DNA of 64,000 nt, taken from IMG/VR virus record IMGVR_UViG_3300004481_000333, positions 1 to 64,000 of that record. One strand, given 5' to 3'. Positions 35,155 to 45,170 of the stretch are shown piece after piece; within the stretch, counting starts at the first letter, position 1, and each line of letters starts with the position of its first letter. The notes beneath the pieces are model-generated. The model made no database searches. It was not told where the DNA came from and saw nothing but the letters and a program-made list of their open reading frames with translations. The stretch is from a virus. The position numbers and the translations under genes are program-made.

Positions 35155-35645
35155 TCGTGCTCGATGAGGTTCATGTTCAGTCAGCGGAGCAAGCGAAGAA
35201 AACCTGGGAAGCTGCAGAGACGCTCAATCCATACGACGCCAAGGTGACGTCCAGCAACAAGCTTCCCGAAGCTCCGAAGAAGAAAGAGCGGTCCACCGAG
35301 CAGCCGTATCCAATCGACACTTCCAAGATCGATGCAAAGCAGCGCGAATTCTGGGGACGAGAGGGCTGGCACAAGACCCAGGCTAGGCTCGTCCGAGACG
35401 TCGCCGTCATCATCGGAGCCCGCGTGCCAGAGGCTACTTCCATGGCGTTCAGGACAGAGTCGTGGGCAGGCTATTGCCCCATGATGTGCGTCCTGTGCCC
35501 CAATGGTATCAGTATAGCTTCCCACGACATGGCTCAGCTTCTGGCTGAACGGAATGGCATCGTTTTCTTTTGGACCGACGACGAGGACGCGGCCGACTTC
35601 GAGATCCAACTCCGGGAGCCGCGCTCCGTCGCCAAGAGGCCGTGA
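35151..35645 (+). CDS. hypothetical protein
   Basis: ATGA coupling. Confidence 0.6.
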   Translation: MIVLDEVHVQSAEQAKKTWEAAETLNPYDAKVTSSNKLPEAPKKKERSTEQPYPIDTSKIDAKQREFWGREGWHKTQARLVRDVAVIIGARVPEATSMAFRTESWAGYCPMMCVLCPNGISIASHDMAQLLAERNGIVFFWTDDEDAADFEIQLREPRSVAKRP

Positions 35646-36091
35646 TGGCCCACCAGAGCAGAGACCTAAGGAACCGTCAGCAGTATGGGGTGAGGACGAA
35701 TCCTGCCCCAGCGGTTCGGCCACCGGATGTCCAGGCGGCACCAAAGGCCCCTGAGCCCTCTACTGTGACCCAGCCAGCGGCCCCGCCGCGTGTGGAGATC
35801 GAGACGAGCAAAGCTTCCGAGACTCCGGCACGTCCAGCGGTCACGAAACCTGTTCCTCAGGCGAGATCAACACGGTCAATATCTCCAAAGCCTTCCACCG
35901 TCGAGGAACCGCGTTTCCGCTTTGGAGGCCCGGTAAAACATGTGCTTCGTCGTGACATCGCGGGGTTCATCACCGTGTCGAAGTACGGGCCGAACGGGAA
36001 CACGCGACACGACCACTACTTCGAGTTCGATCCCATGACGGGCAAGGTGGGCCAGGAGATTCTGCTAGATCGAATCGATGATTCATACTAG
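35645..36091 (+). CDS. hypothetical protein, Pro-rich N-terminus
   Basis: TGATG coupling. Confidence 0.55.
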   Translation: MAHQSRDLRNRQQYGVRTNPAPAVRPPDVQAAPKAPEPSTVTQPAAPPRVEIETSKASETPARPAVTKPVPQARSTRSISPKPSTVEEPRFRFGGPVKHVLRRDIAGFITVSKYGPNGNTRHDHYFEFDPMTGKVGQEILLDRIDDSY

Positions 36092-36165
36092 GGGCGCAAT
36101 CACATTGGGACGCGAGTCCCCATCCTCCCGCGACGCCGGCGGACAATCGGGCGAACGAGGATCAG

Positions 36166-37506
36166 ATGTTCCTGCGCTCTGCAGACGACAACGCACACGA
36201 ACGCGTGCGCGACATACTGCTCAAGACATATGACCGAGAACTGCCACAGGAAGCCGCAGCTCTGGAGGCTTGGTCCAGCACGTTTCACCGATATCAGCTC
36301 CGGTGGCTCTTTGAGCCCGCTCGGTATGCCATCTTCAACAAGTGCCGACAAATCGGTGGTACCTACACGATTGCGGCCTGGACGCTACTGCGCGCTGCCT
36401 ATTTCGCACAACCGAACTATATTGTATCGAAGGGCGAGGACGAAGGCCTGATCGCGCTAGAATATGCGCGAAAGCACGCGGAAGTTCTGGGCGTACTGGG
36501 GTCCAGATTGGTCCAAGTCACGCGAGCGCGAGCCACATCCTTGGAGTTTGCCAGCGGAGGCATGATTGATGTTCGACCCTCGACATCCGGTGCTCGCGGA
36601 TATCACGGGAACGTAGTCCTGGATGAGTTTGCGTACCATCAGCACCCAGATCTGGTGTGGGAATCAGCAGCGGGAGCGACATTCCACGGCTACGACCTGA
36701 GAATGCTAAGCACCCCAAACGGGATAGGAAATCAGTTCCACGGCTTCTGGAAAGATAAGAAGAAGTCGCGGGACTGGGCAGGACATTCTGTCACGGTTTG
36801 GGATGCGCAGCGCGACGGAATGCAGGTAGATCTTGACCACTGTCGGAAGATGGCGCGCGGTGACAAGCGCCTATTCGGGCAGATGTTCGAGTGCAAGTTC
36901 CTGGACGCTGACGACCAGTACTTGCCGACCGACCTCCTGCAGGACGCCCAGCAGGACATGATCTGGACGAGCAATGGCGCGACCTATGCCGGGCTCGACA
37001 TCGGATCCACTGTGGATCGGACAGAGCTTGTGGTTGTGCGTGTCACGCCGGACGGAACCCGCAACGTCATCGCGACACAAACGTGCAAACGTACAGAATA
37101 TGGCGACTTGGTTCGACTCGTCGAGACAGCGCTACATCAACATCGATGCGTTCGTATTTGCATCGACGCGACCGGAATCGGCATTTTCCCAGCGCAGCAG
37201 CTCCAGGCCCACTTCGGTCGCACGAAGGTGGAACCAGTCATGTTCACAGCGTCGGTCAAGGAAGAGCTGGCGGGCGTGCTGTTCCAGGTGCTGCAAGATC
37301 GAAAACTGAAGCTACCGCCGGACGACGAGCAGATGTTCGACGACCTCTGCTCCTTGCGTCGCATCGTGACGACCGCGGGTAACATCCGGTACGACGCGCC
37401 ACACACGGATGAGGGTCACGCTGATAAAGCGTGGGCCCTGGCTCTGGCCCTCCACGCTTGCGCAAAACCCATCAGCTACCGCCACGAGAGCGAAACCAGC
37501 AGATAG
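36166..37506 (+). CDS. terL: terminase large subunit
   Basis: NKCRQIGGT Walker A, VVLDEFA Walker B, STPNG, AGLDIG, DATGIG, GHADKAWA. Confidence 0.93.
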   Translation: MFLRSADDNAHERVRDILLKTYDRELPQEAAALEAWSSTFHRYQLRWLFEPARYAIFNKCRQIGGTYTIAAWTLLRAAYFAQPNYIVSKGEDEGLIALEYARKHAEVLGVLGSRLVQVTRARATSLEFASGGMIDVRPSTSGARGYHGNVVLDEFAYHQHPDLVWESAAGATFHGYDLRMLSTPNGIGNQFHGFWKDKKKSRDWAGHSVTVWDAQRDGMQVDLDHCRKMARGDKRLFGQMFECKFLDADDQYLPTDLLQDAQQDMIWTSNGATYAGLDIGSTVDRTELVVVRVTPDGTRNVIATQTCKRTEYGDLVRLVETALHQHRCVRICIDATGIGIFPAQQLQAHFGRTKVEPVMFTASVKEELAGVLFQVLQDRKLKLPPDDEQMFDDLCSLRRIVTTAGNIRYDAPHTDEGHADKAWALALALHACAKPISYRHESETSR

Positions 37507-37512
37507 AGCCCA

Positions 37513-39312
37513 ATGGCAGACGACGCAGGACTGGATCGAGCGCATCATACCGCTCAAAAGTACCTGACGCCACGCTATCGGCATCTCGACAAGCTGAAGC
37601 GCTACGTCAAGGGTACGCAGTACAGCCACCTGAAGGACTGGTGGGATGATTGCCCCCTGTGGGAAAAGGCCCCGTGTCTCGTCTACCCTGTTGCCGATCT
37701 CGCAATCGGGTCGAACAAGGAACTGCTGCTTGGGGATGAGCGGTTTCCCACGATCACAAGCCGACCCGAGCAGGACGAGAAGGACGAGGGGCTAGACGAG
37801 CAGTCGAGCGCGGAATTGGACAAGCTGATCAAGAAGATTGAGAAGCAAGTCCGGTTCAAAGCCAGATGCCGACAAGCGTTCGAATCTGCTCAGGGGACGT
37901 GTGACGCCATCGCGATCCTGGGCGCACGTCGCGGAAAACTGTTCATCGAAATCCAATCCCCGAAGCGCTGCACGCCCACGTTTGACGCCAACGGAGATGT
38001 CGCTCGTCTAGAAATACGATACCCGTTCTTGCGCAAGGACAGCCAGAACCAGTGGCAGTGCTACTTGTACAGAAGGGTCATCAATGATCAGCTGGATATC
38101 CTGTACCAAGAGGCGATTGGGAACCCCGATGGGACTGAACCTGGGTGGACGGTAAAGCAGAAAGTGCCCCATGGCTTCGGCTTTTGCCCCGTAATCTGGC
38201 ACAAGAACTCGGAGTCCGAGGACGACGATGTCACTCAGTTCGATGGCCATGCGATTCATGAAAACGTGCTGGGTGAGATTGATGGACTGAACTACACGAT
38301 CTCGCAACGACACCGCGCCGTCCTGTACTGCGGAGACCCGCAGGTTGTGGAAATCGGGGTGGAGCCTGGCTATAGCCCGACCGAAGTCGCGACCCAGAAC
38401 ATGGTTGAGGCCACACTCGATGGAGGACTGGCGACGGGACCTGATGGCGGCAACCCGCAGATTGGATCCTACGGACCGAAGTGCCGACGCAGCAAACTCG
38501 CTGGAGGGCGCAAGAAGGGCCCCGGGTACCCGTGGCAATACGCTGACCCAAACGTCAAGGTGTTCTACCTGACCCTACCCCCTGAAGCCCTGAAGGCCGT
38601 TTTCGACCACTGTGAGGACCTGTACAGCAAGCTTTGCGACTCCATGGCGGTCGTGATCCCGGGGCCTCAGATGGGGAAGCTCCTGCAGGTAATCACGGGC
38701 AAGGGCATCGAGGCCCTGAGGGCCAAGCAGCTGGATCGGTGCGACGGATACCGCGACGACTTCGGTGACGGCTTCATCCTGCGCGCGATCGACATGCTGC
38801 TAAGGATCGCTTACCAGTTGGGTAGTCAGAGCCCGAATACTTTGCCTGGACTCGTGGGCCTCGATTCAGCGCTGCAAATACTGCAGAAGTCCGCCATCGG
38901 TGGCGATGGAATCTGGATGGGACCGCGCCTGACGCTCAAGTGGGGCAACTACTTCCGTCCCGACGCGGAAGACGAGCAAAAGACGGTTGCGACTGCGAAC
39001 GATTCGAGGTCTCTCACGACGCTGCGCAGCAAGGTGCAGAAGATCGCGCCCACGTTCGGCATCGAAGACCCCGATGCTTACCTGAAAGACCTGGAGAAGG
39101 AAAATGCGGACCGCGAGGCCAAGGAGGCCCTGCGGATGCATGAACTCCAGAAGACGCTAGTCCCAAAGGAAAAGCCTGGTGAAGGAAGATCAAGAAACCC
39201 AGCAGTTCCTGAGGGAGGAGGCGAAAACGAATCGTCGCCGTCAGGCCCTGGTGGCGGCGGTCCTGCTGCTGCTAAAGCGTCGGGGAAGAAAGCTCGCGAA
39301 GCAGCAGATTGA
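37513..39312 (+). CDS. portal protein
   Basis: 599 aa directly after TerL; PHGFGFCPVIW SPP1-like motif; TGKGIE. Confidence 0.8.
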   Translation: MADDAGLDRAHHTAQKYLTPRYRHLDKLKRYVKGTQYSHLKDWWDDCPLWEKAPCLVYPVADLAIGSNKELLLGDERFPTITSRPEQDEKDEGLDEQSSAELDKLIKKIEKQVRFKARCRQAFESAQGTCDAIAILGARRGKLFIEIQSPKRCTPTFDANGDVARLEIRYPFLRKDSQNQWQCYLYRRVINDQLDILYQEAIGNPDGTEPGWTVKQKVPHGFGFCPVIWHKNSESEDDDVTQFDGHAIHENVLGEIDGLNYTISQRHRAVLYCGDPQVVEIGVEPGYSPTEVATQNMVEATLDGGLATGPDGGNPQIGSYGPKCRRSKLAGGRKKGPGYPWQYADPNVKVFYLTLPPEALKAVFDHCEDLYSKLCDSMAVVIPGPQMGKLLQVITGKGIEALRAKQLDRCDGYRDDFGDGFILRAIDMLLRIAYQLGSQSPNTLPGLVGLDSALQILQKSAIGGDGIWMGPRLTLKWGNYFRPDAEDEQKTVATANDSRSLTTLRSKVQKIAPTFGIEDPDAYLKDLEKENADREAKEALRMHELQKTLVPKEKPGEGRSRNPAVPEGGGENESSPSGPGGGGPAAAKASGKKAREAAD

Positions 39313-39853
39313 TCCCATGCAGGCGCTGGCTCAGCTGGCGCGCGATTTGCGAGACTACATCTATCTTGGGCGCCGCGAGGCACGCAGGATCGCGATCGAG
39401 ACACTGGAACGCGAGCTCAAGGCTGCGGGATATCAGGGCCGGATCAACTGGTCCGGAATCTTGAGCGAGAACGCGGACCTGGACGACGCCACAGGCGCTG
39501 GGCGCGGATACCTCGGCATCGTGTGGAAGCGGTACGAGGAAAACAGAGCGCACGGACTCGACGAGCAAGAGTCGATCTTGACTGCACTCAAGGATTCGGA
39601 TCGACGCCTAAAGGTTGTGGCGGCGACATCGGTCCTGGCCGCGTTTGCGGAAGAACGCACGGAAGTGCAGGAGCAGATCGCCCCGGAGGCGGGACTCATC
39701 CAGGTCTGGAACGTCTCGTGGTGCAAAGGAACGTGCGCCACGTGCGCAAGCCTGGACGGGACTTGGCGCCCCCTTGGTTGGCAGTTCCCTTACGGGCCCC
39801 CAACGCTGCACCCGAATTGCGGCTGCTACATCGACTTAGTTCCGGCCAGTTAG
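39179..39853 (+). CDS. minor head protein (Mu gpF/SPP1 gp7-like)
   Basis: TCATCASLDG...PPTLHPNCGC. Confidence 0.85.
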   Translation: MKEDQETQQFLREEAKTNRRRQALVAAVLLLLKRRGRKLAKQQIDPMQALAQLARDLRDYIYLGRREARRIAIETLERELKAAGYQGRINWSGILSENADLDDATGAGRGYLGIVWKRYEENRAHGLDEQESILTALKDSDRRLKVVAATSVLAAFAEERTEVQEQIAPEAGLIQVWNVSWCKGTCATCASLDGTWRPLGWQFPYGPPTLHPNCGCYIDLVPAS

Positions 39854-39887
39854 GCGAGCGCCCTCGCGGCCTAGACAAGGACCCCCA

Positions 39888-40583
39888 ATGTCCATCATTC
39901 CCTCGACTGCCAGCAACTCCCTGTGGCGCGCAAGTGCACGAGACCAAGCTACCCTTGGAGCCGTCTGGGACGACCCCATCGCGCTCAATGTGGCCGTGGC
40001 AGATGGGGTCATGGGCAGCACCGACACGGAAGTGACGGAACAAACGTATGTCCTCACGGACTTCACGGGGGATCTGGTAGGAGCGGCAGGGGAACTCCTG
40101 GACGTCGCTTCCGGTACGAACGTTCCCCGTAGTCTGTCCATCACGACTACCGCGCAGTCGGCCGCCTACAACGTTACGGATCCCATTTTGGTCACGGGGA
40201 CGTGGTGGTGGACCGGAGTCGCGGTCACGTTGTCCGTCTATCTTACGGAAACGAATGGCAACGAGACGGTCTATTCACCCGACCTTTTGCTGGACCTGAC
40301 CAACATCGTGGTGCCAGCACAGCTGCTCGACACCGGGTCCTTTACGGTGGGGTGTGGAACAGCTGTCGCAATGCTGGGAAACTTGTCTCCACACCGGAAG
40401 AATGGCGGAGGATCACGCGGGATCTACGTTGGAACAACGGGAGTCTTGTCCGTGAAGTTGATGGAAAAGGCGTTTGCCGACGCCCCCGTCCCCTACACAA
40501 ACTTCCCCGCCGGAATCGAGTCCCTGTGGATTCGGTCGATCCATGAGGCCACGACCGCCACCGGGTTGGTGAGGGTCTTGTGA
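39888..40583 (+). CDS. virion structural protein
   Basis: Thr-rich beta-type protein ending TTATGLV, in the head cluster. Confidence 0.55.
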   Translation: MSIIPSTASNSLWRASARDQATLGAVWDDPIALNVAVADGVMGSTDTEVTEQTYVLTDFTGDLVGAAGELLDVASGTNVPRSLSITTTAQSAAYNVTDPILVTGTWWWTGVAVTLSVYLTETNGNETVYSPDLLLDLTNIVVPAQLLDTGSFTVGCGTAVAMLGNLSPHRKNGGGSRGIYVGTTGVLSVKLMEKAFADAPVPYTNFPAGIESLWIRSIHEATTATGLVRVL

Positions 40584-41062
40584 GCGAGTCGGCAGTCCCG
40601 ACGCATTGCCCCGCATGTGGGCATGAGGTGCGGCGCGCCTCGTTCCAGATAAGCGAACAAGGGATGCAGCAGATTTGCAACAACTGCGCGCATCCGCTGG
40701 CACAGGCGCCCATGATCGCAGATGTCCAGATGTTTGCCGATCCGCATCGGAAGGAACAGCTGCGCCAGACGAATCTTCCGTTCGTGATCCCAGAGGATGA
40801 AACACCCCAGGAGCGCCGCTTGGCGTCCCGGACGGAAAAGCAAGGAAGTCCTCCGCAAACGCTGCAACAAGCATCCAAGAAACGATTCACCCCTCGTAAC
40901 TTCATCAAGGAAGCGAGGGCGGAGTTGAAGGCGCTGGACATCGAGATCAAGCGTCTGGAGTCCCTGAAGTCCCACCGGGCAGAGGTGGCGAGAATGCTCG
41001 AGGCGGCGAAGCAAATCGCCACCGAGAAGAAACCAGCGAAGCCGCTTAGGGCTATCGCGTAA
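40580..41062 (+). CDS. Zn-ribbon hypothetical protein
   Basis: CPACG...CNNC. Confidence 0.55.
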   Translation: MSESAVPTHCPACGHEVRRASFQISEQGMQQICNNCAHPLAQAPMIADVQMFADPHRKEQLRQTNLPFVIPEDETPQERRLASRTEKQGSPPQTLQQASKKRFTPRNFIKEARAELKALDIEIKRLESLKSHRAEVARMLEAAKQIATEKKPAKPLRAIA

Positions 41063-41090
41063 TCCCAACCACCCGAACCAGGAATCCCCA

Positions 41091-41534
41091 ATGGCGACTA
41101 AGTACGCAGTCCTTCGTGGCATCCAACTGCTCCAAGAGAACTTTTCCGGAAATGGCGTGCGACAGTGCGCGCTATGCACGTTCGATACGCCGGCCTACAC
41201 GGCCAGCACGGACCTCGACACCATGACGTTCAGCGGAGAACGCGACACCGGAACCGACGGGTCCCCAACGCTCGCGACCGCGATCCAAAACCAACGGCGC
41301 GACGGCAGGACCGTGACTCTGCGTGGCGGCATGTGTGTTCAAGCCGGGCTGAGTACCGCGGCTGCAGCGGTCTATGCCGGCTTCGTGACAACCAACCCGA
41401 TCGGGTTCATGCAGGTGAGCAGTGGGAACCTGTTGGCCTCACTGACGAACGCCGCGGGGGCCGACACCACCGCAGCCGCTACCGCTGCACCCATCAGCAT
41501 CGTGGTCGCTTACGACCTCTCAGCCCAAACGTAA
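41091..41534 (+). CDS. virion structural protein
   Basis: Ala/Thr-rich, head cluster. Confidence 0.55.
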   Translation: MATKYAVLRGIQLLQENFSGNGVRQCALCTFDTPAYTASTDLDTMTFSGERDTGTDGSPTLATAIQNQRRDGRTVTLRGGMCVQAGLSTAAAAVYAGFVTTNPIGFMQVSSGNLLASLTNAAGADTTAAATAAPISIVVAYDLSAQT

Positions 41535-41616
41535 CAGCGTGAATCGCTGGGCGCACGGTGCACCCGGCGTTCTCCCACCGCGACGACGGCGGAAAATCGG
41601 TCGATAGGAGACACCC

Positions 41617-42405
41617 ATGCCCGAACCCAATGATCATCCTGGACGCGCACCCGCTACTTCTGAGACTCCAGTCGGAGGGGCGCCGCCTGCTGCGCCTCCT
41701 GCTGGAACTACCGCCGCTGGTGCGGCTCCGCCAGCAGCCGCGCCCCCTGCTGCGCCTCCCGCCGTGCCTCCCCCGGGGCAGCCAGTCCGGGTCGACGACA
41801 TCCCGGAAGAGGCACTGAAGCCCCGCCTGGCGAGGGAACGCGCAGCCGCCGAAACAGCGTTGCTGAAGAAGCTTGGAGTCAGCAAGCCCGAGGAACTGGA
41901 CGCGATCGCGACCGAGCTGAAGGAACGGCGCGAGAAGGAAAAGACCGAGGCCCAAAAGGCCGCGGAAGCGACGCAAAAGCTGACAGAAGCGGAACAGAAG
42001 CTGGCGTCCAACTCCGAGACGATCAACTTCTATGCCCAGCACGAGCTGAAGCAGCTGACAGCGGAGCAGCAGACTGCCGTAAAGCAGCTGGCAGGGGATG
42101 ACGGTGCATCACAGCTGCGTGCCATCGCGGCCCTGAGACCCACGTGGGGCGCCACGGCGGGCGTAACAGCTCCCCCAGGATCCCCACCGGGTGTTCCAAA
42201 CCCGATCCCTGTTCCTCCACCGATGGCACCCGTTGTGCCCGCCACGACGGCCGTCCCCCCCGGAGCCCCGGCGCCAGCGGCCGCGCAACCTCCGGACCCA
42301 CGCAAAGAGTACGAGCGTTTGTCGTCAAAGGACGGAAATCCGTTCCTTGCCGCCATGCACGCACAGCAACATTCACCCGACGTCATTTACGGACGTCGCA
42401 CATAA
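41617..42405 (+). CDS. capsid scaffolding protein
   Basis: Pro/Ala-rich ends around a coiled coil (RLARER...EKTEAQK), directly upstream of the MCP. Confidence 0.8.
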   Translation: MPEPNDHPGRAPATSETPVGGAPPAAPPAGTTAAGAAPPAAAPPAAPPAVPPPGQPVRVDDIPEEALKPRLARERAAAETALLKKLGVSKPEELDAIATELKERREKEKTEAQKAAEATQKLTEAEQKLASNSETINFYAQHELKQLTAEQQTAVKQLAGDDGASQLRAIAALRPTWGATAGVTAPPGSPPGVPNPIPVPPPMAPVVPATTAVPPGAPAPAAAQPPDPRKEYERLSSKDGNPFLAAMHAQQHSPDVIYGRRT

Positions 42406-42473
42406 ACGGTCACAACAACACAAGATCCCGCCTCCGTTCAAAGGGGCTCGGTTGCGGGTGAGAAGGAATAGCC

Positions 42474-43565
42474 ATGCCGCTTCTGACACGTCTGCACGTC
42501 CCCGAGGAATTCTACGATCGCACCTCGGACATTCTTCTCGTCCAACCCGAGCCCCAATACACCATGGCTCAGCTGTGGCGCGTCGCCCTGATGGCGGCGA
42601 TGCCAAACGTCGGCGACCTCATGAATCCTGGTCGCCCAGCGCTTCTGCAGAATGGGGCCCCGTACAGCCAGTTCGAACGCGACCAGCTCATGCTCGCCAC
42701 CGGTTTGCCGGCGGAGATGTTCGCTACGCGCGTCAAGTGGGATGCGGAACCGGGTGACACCATCAGGTTCAACCGGCCCCAATATGCCAACACAACCTAT
42801 ACGCTGTCGTCTCGGCAGATCGGTCGTGGGGTAACGATCAGCACGACCCCCATCGCGATCAACTCCGAGCAAGCGGCGCTGACGCTGGGCCGATTCGGTG
42901 GACCCTACGACCAGGAGAACGGACGCGTCGCTCCTCTTGGCCTCGATACGTTCGATTGGTCCATGGGCGTCCACAAGGTGGAAGACATGGTTGGGTCGCA
43001 GATGCGTCGCGACTTCACGCGGTTTATCGACACTGCGTTGACGCTCCTGCTGGACAACGGCTCGGTCCTGCGCCCGGCTGGTATGACGGACGACAATACT
43101 CCGACTACTGCCGACGATTTCGGTCTGGACGTGGATGTTTGCCAGAAAACCCGCCAGTCACTGGTGGACGGCAACGTCGCATCGTTTGCTGACGGCCGGT
43201 ACATCCTGAAGATCACGCCGACGCAGCGGCGCCAGATCGAGGCCACGCGAGACTGGCAGACTTTGTCGAAGTTCCACCCAGAATACAACGCCCTGTTCCC
43301 CAAGACCTATGTTGGAGACTTCCTGGGATTCCACGTGCTGGAGTGCACGACCAACACGACTGCGGCCAATACGAGTTCCATTACGATCAACTACGCACAG
43401 GCGTTTGGTCGCGACGTCTTCTTGGCGGGTCTTGGCAAAGCCATGCCGGGCGTCTATCCCGCGTCGGACGACAACTACGGCCAGACACCGAAAGCCATCT
43501 GGCTCGCGTTCCTCGCCTTGGGGCTCGCGGATTCGCGACTCTGCCGCAGCATCCACACCGGATAA
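42474..43565 (+). CDS. major capsid protein
   Basis: 363 aa after the scaffold; PGDTIRFNR, VGDFLGFHVLE, DNYG HK97-fold-like features. Confidence 0.8.
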   Translation: MPLLTRLHVPEEFYDRTSDILLVQPEPQYTMAQLWRVALMAAMPNVGDLMNPGRPALLQNGAPYSQFERDQLMLATGLPAEMFATRVKWDAEPGDTIRFNRPQYANTTYTLSSRQIGRGVTISTTPIAINSEQAALTLGRFGGPYDQENGRVAPLGLDTFDWSMGVHKVEDMVGSQMRRDFTRFIDTALTLLLDNGSVLRPAGMTDDNTPTTADDFGLDVDVCQKTRQSLVDGNVASFADGRYILKITPTQRRQIEATRDWQTLSKFHPEYNALFPKTYVGDFLGFHVLECTTNTTAANTSSITINYAQAFGRDVFLAGLGKAMPGVYPASDDNYGQTPKAIWLAFLALGLADSRLCRSIHTG

Positions 43566-43603
43566 CGGCAACCCCATCAGGTTAGAGACGAAGGAAAAGC
43601 AAG

Positions 43604-44005
43604 ATGAACGCAAGAGTCCGATTCCAGGTCTCGGGGTCTACCGGGACCGCAAACACACAATCGGTTGGCTACAACGTCGACGGCACCGCGCTGGCCGTCG
43701 GCACCGACCGATCCGGGAGACCCAAGCCCGGAACGCTTGCCGCCTACGTGGAGGCAGACTGCACCGGAAGCGTCACATGGACGCCGGCGTGGCGTGTCAG
43801 CGACGACAATACCACGTTCTACAACCTGGCGGTGGAGGGCAATGTGGCCGAGACCGCGATTAGCGTCACGACTACGGGTCGCATGTTGTCTGCCCCGCAG
43901 GCGGTGCATGGATTCCGCTACGCGCGGCTTCGGTTGACCACCGGTGGCGCGACTGGCGTCACGGCAAACGTCTGCGAAATCTCGTACTGCTACACCGTCG
44001 AGTAA
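43604..44005 (+). CDS. virion structural protein
   Basis: VSDDN..FY, FRYARL jelly-roll-like pattern; after the MCP. Confidence 0.55.
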   Translation: MNARVRFQVSGSTGTANTQSVGYNVDGTALAVGTDRSGRPKPGTLAAYVEADCTGSVTWTPAWRVSDDNTTFYNLAVEGNVAETAISVTTTGRMLSAPQAVHGFRYARLRLTTGGATGVTANVCEISYCYTVE

Positions 44006-44018
44006 GGCCCGATCCACG

Positions 44019-44627
44019 ATGCCGCTCTCGACCGCCGAACTGGACCGGATCCGCACCGAGCTTGGGGTCAACGCCCTGTTGATCGGTGCGGAGCCCTACA
44101 TCGGCGTCTATGCGGTGTTCGAGCAGGTGATCCAGCCATACCTTAGGGAGGGAGCCGATACGACTTCCTCAACCGACGTCACGGCATCCCCAGCAGGGGA
44201 GGTCGTGACCTTGACGCTCGCCAGCGCGACGGGCTTCTCGGCGCATGACCAGGTCGTGATCGATGTAGACGACTTCGAGGAGAGAGCGACCATTCGAGCC
44301 GTCGGGGTGCCGACCATTTCAGTGATCTTACGCAAGGCCCACAGTGCCCCGTTCCCCGTGACCGTTGACGGTGGGCTTGTGATTGTACGTGAGTGCCTGA
44401 AGCGCATTCGCGAGGCCAAACTGAAGATCAGCCGTCTACACCCCGGCTCCGGAGCCCTCAAGAAGGTCGACGAGATCGAGTTCCATGCCCCCGGCAACAA
44501 GACATCTATCGGGACCGCAACCGAGATGTTGACCCTGTGGAGGCAAGAATTGGCGTTGGCTTTGGGACTCGATGGAATCCTGAAGCAAAAACGTAGGGGC
44601 TCCGGAGGATCGGTCGTCCTCTACTGA
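44019..44627 (+). CDS. head-tail adaptor-like protein
   Basis: position; ALKKVDEIEF motif. Confidence 0.55.
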   Translation: MPLSTAELDRIRTELGVNALLIGAEPYIGVYAVFEQVIQPYLREGADTTSSTDVTASPAGEVVTLTLASATGFSAHDQVVIDVDDFEERATIRAVGVPTISVILRKAHSAPFPVTVDGGLVIVRECLKRIREAKLKISRLHPGSGALKKVDEIEFHAPGNKTSIGTATEMLTLWRQELALALGLDGILKQKRRGSGGSVVLY

Positions 44628-44639
44628 ACAACAGACTCT

Positions 44640-44681
44640 GGCCGGCCCGGCGAAGTCTGCCCCTTCTTAGCCGGGCCGGCC
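44640..44681 (+). terminator. GC-rich hairpin
   Basis: GGCCGGCCCGGC...GCCGGGCCGGCC 12-bp stem in an intergenic gap. Confidence 0.5.
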
Positions 44682-44691
44682 GAGAACCACC

Positions 44692-45141
44692 ATGGCGACC
44701 CTCCTGGATGACCTGCGCGAGCTGGCGGACGAGACGCGCGGTATCGCTGAAACCGACATCCCGATCCGCACGACCCAGGTGACGGTCCGGCGTCGTGTGT
44801 GGGACACAGCCATCGGGACTGGCAGCTATCGAGACTTCGACCTTGTGATGCCGCAGCGCTACCCAGTGCGGAACATGACGTCCAAGGAGATCAGTGCAAG
44901 CGGTGGCCGATACTCGACTGAAGACCTGAAGTGGGGCCCCATCACGCCGAGCTTCGAGGGCGGCGGCGGCTATGCCCTGGCGGACATTTGCCCCCGCGCT
45001 GAACCGGGATTAGAGCACCGGACCCAGATTTTCTACCTCCTAACAGGCGCTGTGACGGGGGAATACAAGCTGGATTCGTTCAGCAGTACCAGACCGTTCC
45101 GCTACATGGTAGTTTTGCTTCGGTCACGCAGAACACCCTAG
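44692..45141 (+). CDS. head closure/neck protein (putative)
   Basis: position and size. Confidence 0.5.
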   Translation: MATLLDDLRELADETRGIAETDIPIRTTQVTVRRRVWDTAIGTGSYRDFDLVMPQRYPVRNMTSKEISASGGRYSTEDLKWGPITPSFEGGGGYALADICPRAEPGLEHRTQIFYLLTGAVTGEYKLDSFSSTRPFRYMVVLLRSRRTP

Positions 45142-45170
45142 GAAGAACGCCAACCGGGCAGAGGTTGAGC